Positions 50,701 through 62,899 of a stretch of DNA of 64,000 nt are shown here, in pieces. The notes below the pieces were generated by a model, which did not search any database, was not told the origin of the DNA, and was given only the letters and a program-made list of their open reading frames with translations. Both the position numbers and the translations under genes were made by a program. Positions within the stretch are counted from its first letter, which is position 1, and the number at the start of each line of letters is the position of its first letter. Origin of the DNA: Azolla caroliniana (Eukaryota; Plantae; Polypodiophyta); NCBI GenBank assembly GCA_043228905.1, contig JBHGNT010000015.1, forward strand, positions 14,570,001-14,634,000, in the 5' to 3' direction.

Positions 50701-51902
50701 CGACGAACCATACATTTTCCAGATTGGAGGCATTAGTTGAAGTAGAGGCCGACATAGAATTTGCTCTATGTCTTATCACGAACATTCCACCATGGTCTTC
50801 ATAATCGGAGTTGGTGGCGTAATTTGTGAGTTGTCCGCTTGTGGAAGCCAACTCACGCTTCTTCTAACGACACTCTTCTTCATGGTGGCCGATTTTTCCA
50901 CAATAACCGCATTCGATCGAGGTTTGTCGGCACGGACCAGAATGGAAGTTCCCCCTTCTTCCAAAGGTTCCTCGATGGCTTTTGTCTTGTTGCTAAAATT
51001 GGGAGTTGTTGTCGTAAGTCAGACCTCATTCGCCTTGTCCTTGGCCGAATCGGCCTCTTGCTCGACCGCGTCCTCTTACTCCATTCGAATGTGTGTAGAG
51101 CATGTGACCTTTCGAGGTGTTGCTCCTTGTTCGAACATGATTTTTTTCAACCAACAACATTGATTGAAGATCAAAGAAAGAGGGAGGATTCTCCCTTGCT
51201 AGGACGCCGGTTCTCATCGTGCCGAACCGTGGTGCAAGGCCGCTGAGGCATATTTGCACCATCTCATCATCATCCATATTGACGCTTATTGAGCCGAGTG
51301 AGTCACAAAGCTCCTTGATCTTCAAGGTGTAGCTTGTGATGGACATGTCTCGTTGTTGGATGTTATTCAACTCTTGGCGGAGTTGAAGCTTTCATGTCGT
51401 CGTATTGGCGGCGAATATCTTCCTTAGATTCTCCCATGCTTCCTTTGGCATCGTGGCTTCTCGAATGTAGCCGAGCATGTGGTCATGAAAACATGTTGCC
51501 AAGCAATACATTACTCTACTCGCCGCTTGCTCCCATGTTGAGTAGTCGGCGTCCTTTGGGTCGGGTCGATTTTCTTGTGCTCCTTTGATGTAGCTCCAAT
51601 AACCTTGACCGACAAGGTATTGGTGCATCTTGTATTCCCAAGATGTGAAGTTGTTTCGGTCCAACTTCTTGCTAGGGAGAGCGCTCCCCATTTAAGTATT
51701 CATGGTGTTCGATGTAGATTTCTTCCTTCTTCTTCTCTCTTGAATACGAGCTATGTAGCTGCACTACGATAGCGATGAGCCGGTTCTTCTTGAACGGAGC
51801 ATAACGCACGCGGATGGGCTAGATCAAGCTACCAAACCGCTCTGATACCATGTAAAGAATCGATGGTGATTCTTGTGTAGCGGAAGAGATTAGAGATGTG
51901 TG

Positions 51903-51985
<83 letters not shown>

Positions 51986-52282
51986 CACAAGATCGATAGA
52001 ATAGACAATACTCAAGAAGATTGTATATTACAAAGGAGATTAACCGACGTATTACAACATAGGAGAAGAGTGCTTTATATAGTCACTCTCTCTGTTCATT
52101 AACAACCGAAGCTCATGAGTCATGGGGAGTGTGGAAACTCATTAGTTATGTGTCATAGAATATGATTCTATGACACATAGTTAATGTGTAAAGAGTGGTG
52201 GTGTGACTTTTGACCTTTGAGTGTTCATACACTCTCAAGGGTGTGTTCACACATTAGACTAGGTTGAGCTTGATCCTCAACA
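47715..52282 (-). mobile_element. Full-length but defective Copia, same family as 30278-34972
   Basis: LTRs 47715-48104 and 51851-52282, TSD TTTAG (47710-14 / 52283-87), PBS 51839-51850. Fragmented ORFs, with a deletion joining the integrase tail to RT at ~49490. Confidence 0.96.
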
Positions 52283-53034
52283 TTTAGCATGACAAACATT
52301 TTTTGCCGGTATCAATCATCTTTGTAGGATGATTTTATAATCATGGAGCTAGGATATGAAGAAAATTTCATCGCCACAATTCTAAAATATAAGGAAGAAA
52401 ACCATCTCCCTTTACACTTTCATTTGTTTTGTTATTGGCCTTCTCTCAACATTGTCCAACACTTTTGTTACAAATAATATTCAAATCAATGAACTTTATT
52501 TTGGTGAAAACACCATCTACGCCGGACACATGAGATCACCCCCTACTCTCAACAAACTTTATTTCCTTTAGTACATAAAAAGTGACAATTCGGCTCATGC
52601 CCTCTTTTGTTTCCATTCCTTTACAGTTTGCATGCACATTACTTCGTTAATGCATTGCCCCTATAGATGAGACATTGTCCTCTTCTACATGTACTCATTA
52701 GTAATGAAGATATTTAAAGTGACATGGCCATTACTAGCTTGAATAAATAAGATTTTCCCTAGTCTAGCTCTTGGAATCTTCGTTAGAGAGGGTCCCTGGG
52801 GATGAGGTCAAATACAATCAAAGAGAAAAGCTTTATCGAATCAAACCCAAAATCCAATGATTGTGTCCATTTATAGATACTCTTTCAAATGTTGATAATT
52901 ACTTATTTGTTTTCTTTTAAGAGAATATGAAGAATACGGTCTTATAAACGTAATCTCAAATCATATGGGAAATAACAATTGTTCACCAATGTGGAGGCCA
53001 ATTGAATCAGTGATAACGTCAATGCTTTATTAAA

Positions 53035-53037
<3 letters not shown>

Positions 53038-53096
<59 letters not shown>
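53038..53096. repeat. (CT)n microsatellite
   Basis: Pure CT run. Confidence 0.95.
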
Positions 53097-53097
<1 letters not shown>

Positions 53098-53550
53098 ATT
53101 CCACCTCGAACAACGTTTGAATATGTCTACAGGTGCTTTTTTACGAAGTTTTGTCAACTCAAGCTAGAAACACCATATATGTTCCTACTTCTTCAAGTAT
53201 GATCACTTCCCATTGAGATCATGACCATGGAAAGAGTTGTCGAGTACATCTTGAGGTTAAAAATAAACCTCACATCAACTTCCTAGTATCATATGAAAAA
53301 AGAAACATTATGAAAAGATGGATAAAACCAAAATCTTGGGCTCTTGAAGTATACAATATGTGATATGTGAAGAAATGGTTTGGAAAATGTGATGCATCAA
53401 CATATTCCTCCATCAATGAGGCTTTTTTTTTTGTCATGCCAATGTACCACAACTTGGGGAAAGATGTGAAGTTTAGCATCTCACACATTATATTGCATTT
53501 GCTAGATGAAAATATGGAACCATTTCCTTCTCCAATTAGGGAATCTACAC

Positions 53551-53586
<36 letters not shown>

Positions 53587-53819
53587 GTTAAAGCCGATGC
53601 ATCCCTTAGTCTGCCATCCACGATAAGTGTTCTTCCATCCGACTTAACTCACACTCTCTCTGGTGTGCGGAAGGGCACTGGGTTACATGTGAGATGGATT
53701 CATGAATACTGCATATTTTGCTACGAGCAAGTCTCGGAGTTAAAAAGAGTATCACACGTTGGTATAATGTGTTTCATTTGACCATATCGGAGCTTCTGGT
53801 CCAGTCCACTCCTTAGTCC

Positions 53820-53821
<2 letters not shown>

Positions 53822-53872
<51 letters not shown>
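53822..53872. repeat. (CA)n microsatellite (a second one lies at ~53555-53583)
   Basis: Pure CA run. Confidence 0.95.
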
Positions 53873-53876
<4 letters not shown>

Positions 53877-54139
53877 CCATGCAAATCTCAAATGTGTGCT
53901 CTTGATTCCAGTGAAAATTTGTGAACATTTGGTGTCACTGATGACTCTGCCTCACTGCCTCATTTCGAGACACTAGTAGAACTTTCCAGTAAAGAAAGAA
54001 AGAAAGAAATGCTTCAATGGGCCCCAAAAGCTCATATTATTTTGACCTTGGGGAGGGTGATTGTTTAAAAGGCCAAATTAATATTTTTTGGAAAAAAACA
54101 GGGACCAAAATTAATAAAAAGGAAAAAAAAGTGTCCAAA

Positions 54140-54170
<31 letters not shown>

Positions 54171-54225
54171 AATTGAGGATATTCTATCCAATGGCTTCAC
54201 AGCAACGCATCGCGGACAGCTGAGG

Positions 54226-54329
54226 GACGCGTGTCAAGCGTTCGTCAATAAACCGCCAGGTGTCAGGAGAATTTTGACACGTGCCCCTCAGTCACCGCCA
54301 GCTGCCGGTAAAAAAAGAATTTATATAAA
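54226..54329 (+). promoter_or_regulatory. ERF promoter: CE3 (ACGCGTGTC), ABRE/G-box (GACACGTG) and TATA box
   Basis: GACGCGTGTC at 54226-35, GACACGTG at 54276-83, TATATAAA at 54322-29. Confidence 0.55.
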
Positions 54330-54470
54330 CAAAGCCAAAAAGAAAGGAATGCCTTAATACATTTGCCAGTAGATTTTGCTCTGTTTGATTTTAAATGTTT
54401 TTTTGGTCAGATCCATCTCTTTCTCTCACACAAACAAACTCCTAAAATCTCCTCTTTATCAGATTTTACT

Positions 54471-54623
54471 CATCAATCTCCTAAATCATATCACTAATCA
54501 GACGATTAATCAATCCCTCCCTCGTTGATCGACTCCTGATTAGTCATCAATCTCCTAATTAGTATATATAATCACTAATCAGGGTGATTAAAATCAATCC
54601 CTCGTTGAAATCTCCTGATTAGC
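54471..54623 (+). repeat. Tandem ~75-bp duplication in the ERF leader, each unit self-complementary
   Basis: CATCAATCTCCTAA..ACTAATCAG..CAATCCCTC..GTTGA..CTCCTGATTAG at 54471 and 54545. Confidence 0.8.
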
Positions 54624-54661
54624 TAGCCTAATAATCAATCTCATCCAAATCCCTCTCGAGC

Positions 54662-56023
54662 ATGACCCGATGCTTCTCTTCGTCTTCCTCGAGCTCGAGC
54701 TGCCTCACAACAGTCGAAGAACGTAGCTTCTCCAATCCCAATCCCAATCCCAATTCCAATCCCCATCACCATCACCAGATTCACCATAACTATCACAATT
54801 GGGACATTGCGATCTATCCGCATCATCACGATCACGATCCTTCTCGGATTCGGAATCCGGAACCTTCTCGGATTCCTCCTCCTCCTCCGGCTCTCGCCTC
54901 CTCCTCTCAACAACATGATTGTAACATGCTTCCTCATCTTATTCGGAATCCCCTCAGTCATCATCATCATCCTGCCCTTCTTCTTCTTGGGCGAGAATCC
55001 GAGCTCCCGCATTTGCATCTTCCATGCTCTGGCATAAAGAATTCCTCCACAATGAACCAAATAAGCCCACCCCCTTTCATTACCGATCATCCTCCGCCGC
55101 CACATCACGCCCATCTATATGCATCCAACAATGGGCAACCTCATCCTAGCTTGGACCATAATCTAGACTTGAGAACAAGGCGGCCATTGAAGAAAGAAGC
55201 CATGGAATTGAGCTCGAGGAGGAGGCGGCTATTGGCACCACCGAAGCTATACCGAGGGGTGAGGCAGCGGCATTGGGGAAAATGGGTGGCGGAGATTCGG
55301 CTTCCTCGTAACCGAACCCGTCTATGGCTCGGTACCTTCGACACGGCCCGAGAGGCGGCCCTCGCGTACGATCTGGCAGCTTACAAGCTCAGAGGTGATC
55401 GAGCTCGGCTCAATTTCCCACCCTACTTACACCGTTCAAATGTGCCTTCCGATGGGACCGGGGACGGTGCCGGGGCCGTATTGACGGAGGCTATGATAAG
55501 TATCCTAGATGCTAAGCTCGAAGCCATTCTTGCGGGGAAGGGGCATGGCAAGCATATTCCGACACTTTCGCCTCAACCCCTGCCCAAGGTCGAGGATTCG
55601 GACATAATGCCATTGGACTCCGGCAAGTCATCGGTAGCAATGCTCAATGGCACAACAATGCCATGCGGGAGCCAGACGGACAATGGGAGCATTATAGACA
55701 TGGATGGAGACCTCCTTGTAGGAAATTATAATTCCGATGCTACCCTCCTCGAAGAGGGTACTAGTTCCATGGTCCGATCCCTTGTTCAGAGCAATGTCGT
55801 CGCCGTTCAGGACATCATGTCTTCTCTTCAGGCTAATTTGCTCGAGGATCTGATCGGGTTGGGAGTGGGGACACAAGATTCCTCCTCAGGCTTGGAGGAG
55901 GAGGAGGAGGAGGAGGATGTTGGGGAGCTCAAATGGGAGCCTTGTGTCCAGCATGGAGGGTTTAGTAGTGTGTCTAGTGTAGATATGGATACCATATGGG
56001 ACAAGATGGCTTCTTCCTCTTAA
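54662..56023 (+). CDS. AP2/ERF transcription factor, group I / DREB-A6 (RAP2.4/WIND-like), intronless (453 aa)
   Basis: [47 protein letters not shown], the LDAKLEAI motif, an acidic C-terminus ending D.IWD, and a His/Pro-rich N-terminus. Confidence 0.95.
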   Translation: MTRCFSSSSSSSSCLTTVEERSFSNPNPNPNSNPHHHHQIHHNYHNWDIAIYPHHHDHDPSRIRNPEPSRIPPPPPALASSSQQHDCNMLPHLIRNPLSHHHHPALLLLGRESELPHLHLPCSGIKNSSTMNQISPPPFITDHPPPPHHAHLYASNNGQPHPSLDHNLDLRTRRPLKKEAMELSSRRRRLLAPPKLYRGVRQRHWGKWVAEIRLPRNRTRLWLGTFDTAREAALAYDLAAYKLRGDRARLNFPPYLHRSNVPSDGTGDGAGAVLTEAMISILDAKLEAILAGKGHGKHIPTLSPQPLPKVEDSDIMPLDSGKSSVAMLNGTTMPCGSQTDNGSIIDMDGDLLVGNYNSDATLLEEGTSSMVRSLVQSNVVAVQDIMSSLQANLLEDLIGLGVGTQDSSSGLEEEEEEEDVGELKWEPCVQHGGFSSVSSVDMDTIWDKMASSS

Positions 56024-56696
56024 GTGAAAAAAAGGTTAGAAACCATGGAACCAATAATAAGTAAACAGCCTAGGATAATCTCTTTTTTGCAAGAGTTCCA
56101 ACTCCAAGGAAGGCAATGCAAGGACTTTTAAATGACCCTCCTTGTTCAATCTCCTTAGAACACACCCCAAAGTTTTTGTAGATTTAAATATTGCTCAAAT
56201 AGCACATTAACCATCCCTAGATGATAGAAAGGGGGAAAAAAGATCATATAAGTGCTCAAATAGCACACATATTATTGTATGAGGCGGAGTTCAATTGAGT
56301 TGGACCTTTTTTCGTGTTCAGGCATAGAGAACTTTATGAGAGGGAGAGGAAGAGATAGGGAGGTCGTTATAATTTATGTAGATTAGTGGAGGAGTTACTG
56401 CCATACCCAACAATAAGTCATATAAGTTTCACAAACCAATCCCTTGATGTCAAGATTCTAACATGTTCATCTTAAAGAAGGTTGAGAGCAATGTTGTTAC
56501 AAAAATTTGAGATGTGCCACTAGTTTTTGTTAAGAAATCTGTCCATATCAAATTTGTAGGAGTATAATGGATGGACATCATCTAATGAAGTGATGGGGTT
56601 CTCTAATATGCTTGTTATGATCTCTGGTCTTTGGAGTTGTTGGAAGGTTTTTATGCGTAATTGATTTTGCATAGTACATTACATTGTTTTCTTGCA

Positions 56697-56812
56697 GACT
56701 GCTTAACAAGCCCTAATTCTCCTCTTTATGCTTCCAGTTTAGTTTCATAATGGTGTTGTGACTGCTTAACAAGCACTAATTCTCCCTTTACATCCACTTC
56801 AGTTTCATAATG
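56697..56812. repeat. Tandem duplication, period 63 bp
   Basis: GACTGCTTAACAAGC.CTAATTCTCC...AGTTTCATAATG occurs twice. Confidence 0.85.
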
Positions 56813-58416
56813 AAGGATGTACTAAACCATCTAGGGCTTTGGTTATAATGATGTCAAAACATACGCACGCACACATCTAAGCCAAGAATTTTGGGTAGGT
56901 GTGTCACATATGGTCCCCTGTCATTAATCTCTTTTTTGAGCCCAACATATGAACTACGACAAATATTGCAACAAATTAGGTAATCAAATGCTGAAAGAGT
57001 TCATAGAACCAGAAGCGAAATCAAGAGTTCTTTTAGAGACCAGGCAATTTTATAACATAATCAAATGTTGACAACAGACCTATGTAACCTTCAGTAGAGT
57101 AATGTATTGAACGACTCCGAGCTTTTGTTGCATGTGTATCTACTCTACTAAGGAGAATAAGTTTCTCTACTGTATAACTCTATAACTCAACTCTAATCAC
57201 ACATTAGAGACCTGCACTAAACTATTTGTTGCTTCCATTTGTCTGTTTGAGGATTAATATTCTAGTAAAAAAACTCATGAATAGAGTTTTTTTCACATCC
57301 ATCCATCCATCTCATGCATAATTTTTCTTTAACCTGACACAATTTTGTAGACCTCTCCAAGAATAGATATTTACTTAATAAGTAATTTCTAGGTTGGAAT
57401 ATATTGGCATCTTCCAATAATGATCACTCTCTATTACACATTTCCATAATAGGAAAATGATAAACAGGTCTAGATTGAGCAACACATGGCTACCAAATTG
57501 CCTTTCTCCACTCATTCAGCATACTGTCTACTTAATTTGTCAATGTCTTCTTGTTCAGTTCTGCATGAACAAACATTCTTGTATAATGTAACTAATAGTT
57601 TAAAATATATTAACTGGAATAAATATACTAACATATTCCAGTAACTTTAGTGTTCTAGTCATACAAATTCCACATACATGTAAATCATAGTTTAAGAAAC
57701 ATATTCCAATAAGTATATTTACTCATCACACAAATTCCATGGTTTGGTATCTGAATATAGAACCTCTTGTTTACCATGGTTACACTTTGTAGATTTGCCA
57801 ATCCCTGGTAGTTGGAAACATCATATCTCTAGGTAAGCTCAATGGCTTGGCCCCTATAATAGTGACTCCAATAGGGTTCAAACCTTTAAAGTGAAATTCT
57901 CGACCATTTACACACACCGGAGTACTCAAGAAATATGTTTCCAGCACCCCTTGCCAACTACGTGAAGATGGCCTATGCAAAGCCTATTTTAAGAGAGGTC
58001 ATATCATACCACAAATGTACAATAGAAAAAGAGCATTAACAAGATGCACATTGATTTAGGTGCTCGCCAATCATTTTTTCAGCGCAATGAAGCTATACAT
58101 TTAAAACTTTTATACACAATTTTCAAAGGATCAAAAAGTAATGGTGCCTTCCAGTTTTACGATGGGGATATAAACAAGGGAAAAGACACAGGTCAGGAAC
58201 TGGAGTCTAAGGTGGTACATCACTACATTGTGCATTAGACAATAGTGACATGCTTCTAGTTTGATGCCTAGGAGAACATGTCATCTTAATTATAATTGTA
58301 TATGGCACAAGCTACCTGAGAAAGTTACTAGCATAAACTTGTATCCTTCTGGTTGCATTTCTGACCCAACATAGTTCTTGTAGGAAAAACATGTGCTTTG
58401 CCTCACTGTGAAGCTT

Positions 58417-61370
58417 CTATGGCTCGGGTACATTTTCCAGAAGCTTTCCTCTGTAGGTCATCAACCTGAATTGTGTGTCTCCCCTGCAAGTCATGATACC
58501 ACATGACAGTCTTATTTAATGTCTGACAAAAGAAATGGAAGCGAAATAACTTCATTAAGCATTATCTCTTGCCGAAAGCCAAGGTTCCAGAAGAAAAGGC
58601 GAGCTTTTGGAACAGGAAAAACTGCAAACCCTGTTGGACCATCTCTTCTTTTTATGTTCTGTTTGTCAGAAAAACAGCGGTGGAAATTCCATTACGAATA
58701 ATAGTTCTCTTATGGAGTATTAAAACCTAAAAAAGCACATCCTGTCATAATACCTGGAATTTCATAATGATTCATAGAAAAAGCCTGTAACTGACCTTAA
58801 CGAGCTCCTTAACAATCCTCCGGCCGATTCCTCTTCTCTGATAAGCAGGATCAACTGCAACATCACATATCGTTGCCTGTAAAGCAAGAATAATTTTAAT
58901 AAAGCAAGTAGAAAGACAATCACTACTTCTTTTCAAATATTAGTTCTAAGGTTGGAAAATACAATGAATGCGCCATCAGAGACCGCACGGCCAAAGCCTG
59001 TTGAAAAGATAACCCACATTTCAATATTTTATAATAATTCTGAAGCTAATCAGTTCTACACAAGGGAAGTGTAAAAAAACGAGATGAGGTGAGTCACAAA
59101 CATGCCCATTAGTTAAGATTACAGGAGAAGAGAAAAGATCCTAACATGCTCATTAGTTCATACAGAAATGTTAAAAAAAGATGAACAATGTGTATCATCA
59201 TTTTATCTCTAACAGTGACTCTGCTACTAGTACACTGATATATCTTTTATTCCATTAATTTTTTCTTTTTACTGGCATGAATATTACTACTCTCCATCAT
59301 AAAGGTCACACAGAAACACCAAATTTCCATCACTTGATAAAATAAATAAACTCGACATGGCATCACAAAACAAAACCTGCATAAATCCATTAGGTTGCAT
59401 TAAGCAGAGATTAATCTCCAAGTTAAAGTAAACATCTGAAATGCATAGTTTAGAAATTACAGTAACGCTTTGAGGTAATTTATGTATTTCATTTCTTTCG
59501 TTGGTCTCAATGATAAGACGGTTCTATTTCCTTGTTGGATACCATGGGCCATATTGGCATCTGTCTGATGTTATTGTTGCAATGACAGTGGTCACCTAGG
59601 ACTATGATTAGGTTATTCCTTAAAAAAGTTAGATTTCCTAAATCCTTTAAATAAGATTGATAGATACTACATACTGCTCACCACTTAACTCAAATTCTCA
59701 AATACAATAATAGATATTCTCATGTCACGTCCAGACCATTTCATATTTCAATATTCAGAAACATGTTAAGTACATCAATACTACTCCTACCTGTAACTAA
59801 CTTCGTAAAAAGCATGCACACATATAATCTCTCAAATCATCAAGAATAACAAAAAATCTATTTATACCAATTAGCTTCTTTGGTGTTGCTGTTGATGATT
59901 TTGATGTGTCACCTTGTTCTAAAACTGCCACGAACTGTTGAATGGAAAGAAAAATATATACAGAAGAGAGAACATGAAATGAAAACAAGAAGTGATATAC
60001 GCAAAAGATCTCAAATACCATGTAGCTATTCTTCAAAGCCTTCTTGATATCTTGAGGGTCTCTAATAATGCAAAGTGTCTTGGCCCACAATTCGCTCAAC
60101 TGTATTAAATGCATTCAGAGGAGAGAGTTCAGAAATGATCAGCACATCATCCAATTCATATTTATGTGCACACAACTAAACTTTGATTAAGGTTTATGCG
60201 TGACTGCAAATGGGCCTCAATCTCTAGCCTTTAAAATGGCAAACCCTGGCTGGTATTTTAAAGAGAAATGGCAGCCGTGTTCGACTAACCTAAACACATT
60301 GATATGAATGCCGCAACCTATGTTGCTACAATAATTCACCACGAAATTATGTACAGACAAGCTCTAAAACTGATTTACAATATTTGAAGAAAAAATGATA
60401 AACTGAGATTGAGATAAACATGAAATAAAATAAAATAAATGAAAACATTCTATTGGCATAGATCTACAGATATGAATGTCACACAACCTATGTTGTTCTC
60501 ACTATCCCCTATTCAAATTAATCCAGCATTCATAACATTTCTTGAAGAAAAATGCCACACATGTGCATCATTCGACTACCATAAATCCATCTAATCATGC
60601 CATTTTAATGAGAAATAGCATAAAAAAAGGAGTTTACATTCCGACAAAACCATCAATATCTATTTATGAGAGAGTTTCAAGAGAAATGGTGTCAAAAAAA
60701 TAAAATCCAAGCTCAACAAATCCAACTTATTTTGAAGCGAAATGGAGAACACACAACAACGAAAAAAGAAGGAAAAGAAAGAATTATTGGCTGAAGAAGA
60801 CTTTGAACAAAAAAGATGTGCAGCCAACCCCAACGAAGAAACCAAGAGCAGAAACAGGAAAAAGAAGCTACAACATTTACCTCATGGATGAGTCGACTAA
60901 GAAAGGTTTTTCACCTGCAAGGTATCGACTTCCGAAAGATCTGAGCAGTAAGAGAAACGATCCGATTCCAGGAGAAAGCTCCAAAAAGGCTTCACCTCCT
61001 CCGAAGCTCTAGTGCATAGAATCGAAGCACAAGAATCCTTCATCCTCATTCTATTGTTGTTGTTGTTGCAGTTGTTTTTCTTCGAGAACAACTGTTGGTT
61101 GTTTCCATTCAGTGGGAGATTTCAACACAAGAAAGAGGGAGCTTAGGGGGGGGGGGGGGGGGGGAAGAAGAAGAAGAAGAAGAAGAAGAAGAAAGAAAGA
61201 AAAGGCAAAAAGAGAAAAGCAGAGAAAAAGACGAAGGTTTGATGGGTTAGAAAAAGAACCTGAAGAGCTTGTCCATTGGCGAGGGAGGTGTGGATGAGTG
61301 GTGAGCGGCCATGGGGGAGGCAGAGAAATGGCGAGGACACGGCCATGAAGATCGCCATGGCCATGGCCAT
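58417..61370 (-). CDS. Plastid-type GNAT N-acetyltransferase (ycf52/NSI/SNAT-like), 8 exons: 61370-61260, 61091-60915, 60099-60019, 59934-59868, 58997-58963, 58876-58796, 58658-58573, 58483-58417 (~234 aa)
   Basis: Manual splicing keeps phase and gives KKALKNSYM..KKLIGFGRAVSDGAFIATICDVAVDPAYQRRGIGRRIV..FFWNLGF (acetyl-CoA motif QRRGIG). The N-terminus resembles a transit peptide. The last intron is GC-AG. Confidence 0.88.
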
Positions 61371-61536
61371 GGCCACATACAGACAGACAGACAGACAGAG
61401 AAGAGAGGAAGAAGCAGGAGGGAGAAGGAGGTTAGAGAATTGTGAAGTGAAAGAGGGGATTGGGTCTGGGCAGCCGCCCGCCCGCCAGCCCGGCGGCCAG
61501 CCGCACCATCGAACCCAACACGACACCTCTTCTCAT

Positions 61537-61852
61537 TCGGGTTCCGGGTTTAGGGGGTTCGGGTTCGGGGTCAAGGTCAAGGTTTATAGGGGTTCAGGTT
61601 TAGTTTGGGTTTGGGTTCGGGGTTTATGGGGTTTCAGGTTCAGGTTCGAGTTCGGGCTCGGGTTCGGGGTTTATGAGGGTTCAGGTTTAGGTTCGAGGTT
61701 TATGGGGTTTATGGGGTTGCATGTTTAGTTCGGGGTTTTATGGGGGTTCAGGTTCGGGTTTGGTTCCTGCCCGATTCAAGTTCAGTTCCAGCTCGGGTTC
61801 AAGGTTTATGGGGGTTCGAGTTTTGTTCAGGTTTAGGTTTGGGTTCGGGTTC
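61537..61852. repeat. Degenerate (G/A)GGTT(C/T) hexamer array upstream of the GNAT gene
   Basis: Dozens of GGGTTC/AGGTTT/AGGTTC units with GGTTTATGGGG spacers. Confidence 0.85.
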
Positions 61853-62899
61853 GAGAAAATGAATGCATCACGAACAAATCACTCCATTTCGAGAATGATC
61901 GGTCAGCCAAATCCTTAACTAAGCTCTGTGTGTGTGTGTGTGCGCGCGCTTGTCTTCCTATTGGACTTCGACTAGCTCGATCGTGTCCCATTCACTCCTT
62001 CCCTCCCTCCCTCCCTCCCTTGCTTTCAAAGTGCATTGGCGATGCAGACTTCTCTCCTCGCAACCCGATGACATTGCGTAGGTATGTATGCATCATCACA
62101 CTCCATCTCTTCGAAATATACTATGCGCCAGACACTTCGTCACAATCGTGCTATGTCGCGCTGGTTGGTTGAAAACGTTATAATTTAAGAGTTGTCTTCA
62201 CGTTATATTGTTGCACATATATAAATAGATAACTTTGCCACCGTTGTGGGGAGATTAAGGTCGACATTTGCAAGCATCAGGTAAAGCTTCTCATAAACTC
62301 CAAGATCATGAGGCACCTTGAACTAAACCGGGTCCTAAACCAGTTTAGCCAAGATGATTGAGCTTTGAACGACTTGGTAACCGGTTTGAGCAAATCCCAA
62401 ACCGAGCTCAAACTGATTAAGGAAGCTCAATAAAAATAAAATAAACATAGATAAAAGAGTTTTAGTATGGTACAAAAGATGTTATGGTGTGGCATATTCT
62501 ATAAAGGAAATGACTATATGCTAGCACTAGTTTCATTTTCATCAAGCCTCTCAAAAAGGAGCGTGAGGTCAAAGGGTTTCGATGTAAGTGTGGCTCGTGG
62601 TCTCGAGGTAAAAGGTATCCCAACCATAGCTTCTAGGCGGCGTAACTCAAGCTCCCTTATATACTTAATTGCTTTTGCGTAACAGTGACTTTGAGGCCCG
62701 ATATTCGAGGGCATTTGGTTGTTCTTTGGTCTTTTGCTTCATCAAGGGAGAGGTCGAGTGGTGCAGGTGTGTCCACATTCATTGTCCCCCCTGGTCCTTG
62801 AAAATTTTCCGTGGTTACATGTTGGTGATATATTAGAAAGGTTATGGTTAACATTTTGTAGCTTATTCTCTTTCTATGTTGTTTTAGCTCTAAGATATA

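Noticed and set aside
8052-52282. Five of six Copia bodies lie on the minus strand
   Set aside because: The sample is too small to distinguish from chance.
54641-55876. Antisense ORFs overlapping the ERF gene
   Set aside because: Shadows of His/Pro/Asn codon repeats.
61276-61918. G/F/R-rich ORFs (150 and 65 aa)
   Set aside because: Translations of the GGGTTY array and of the antisense strand of GNAT exon 1.
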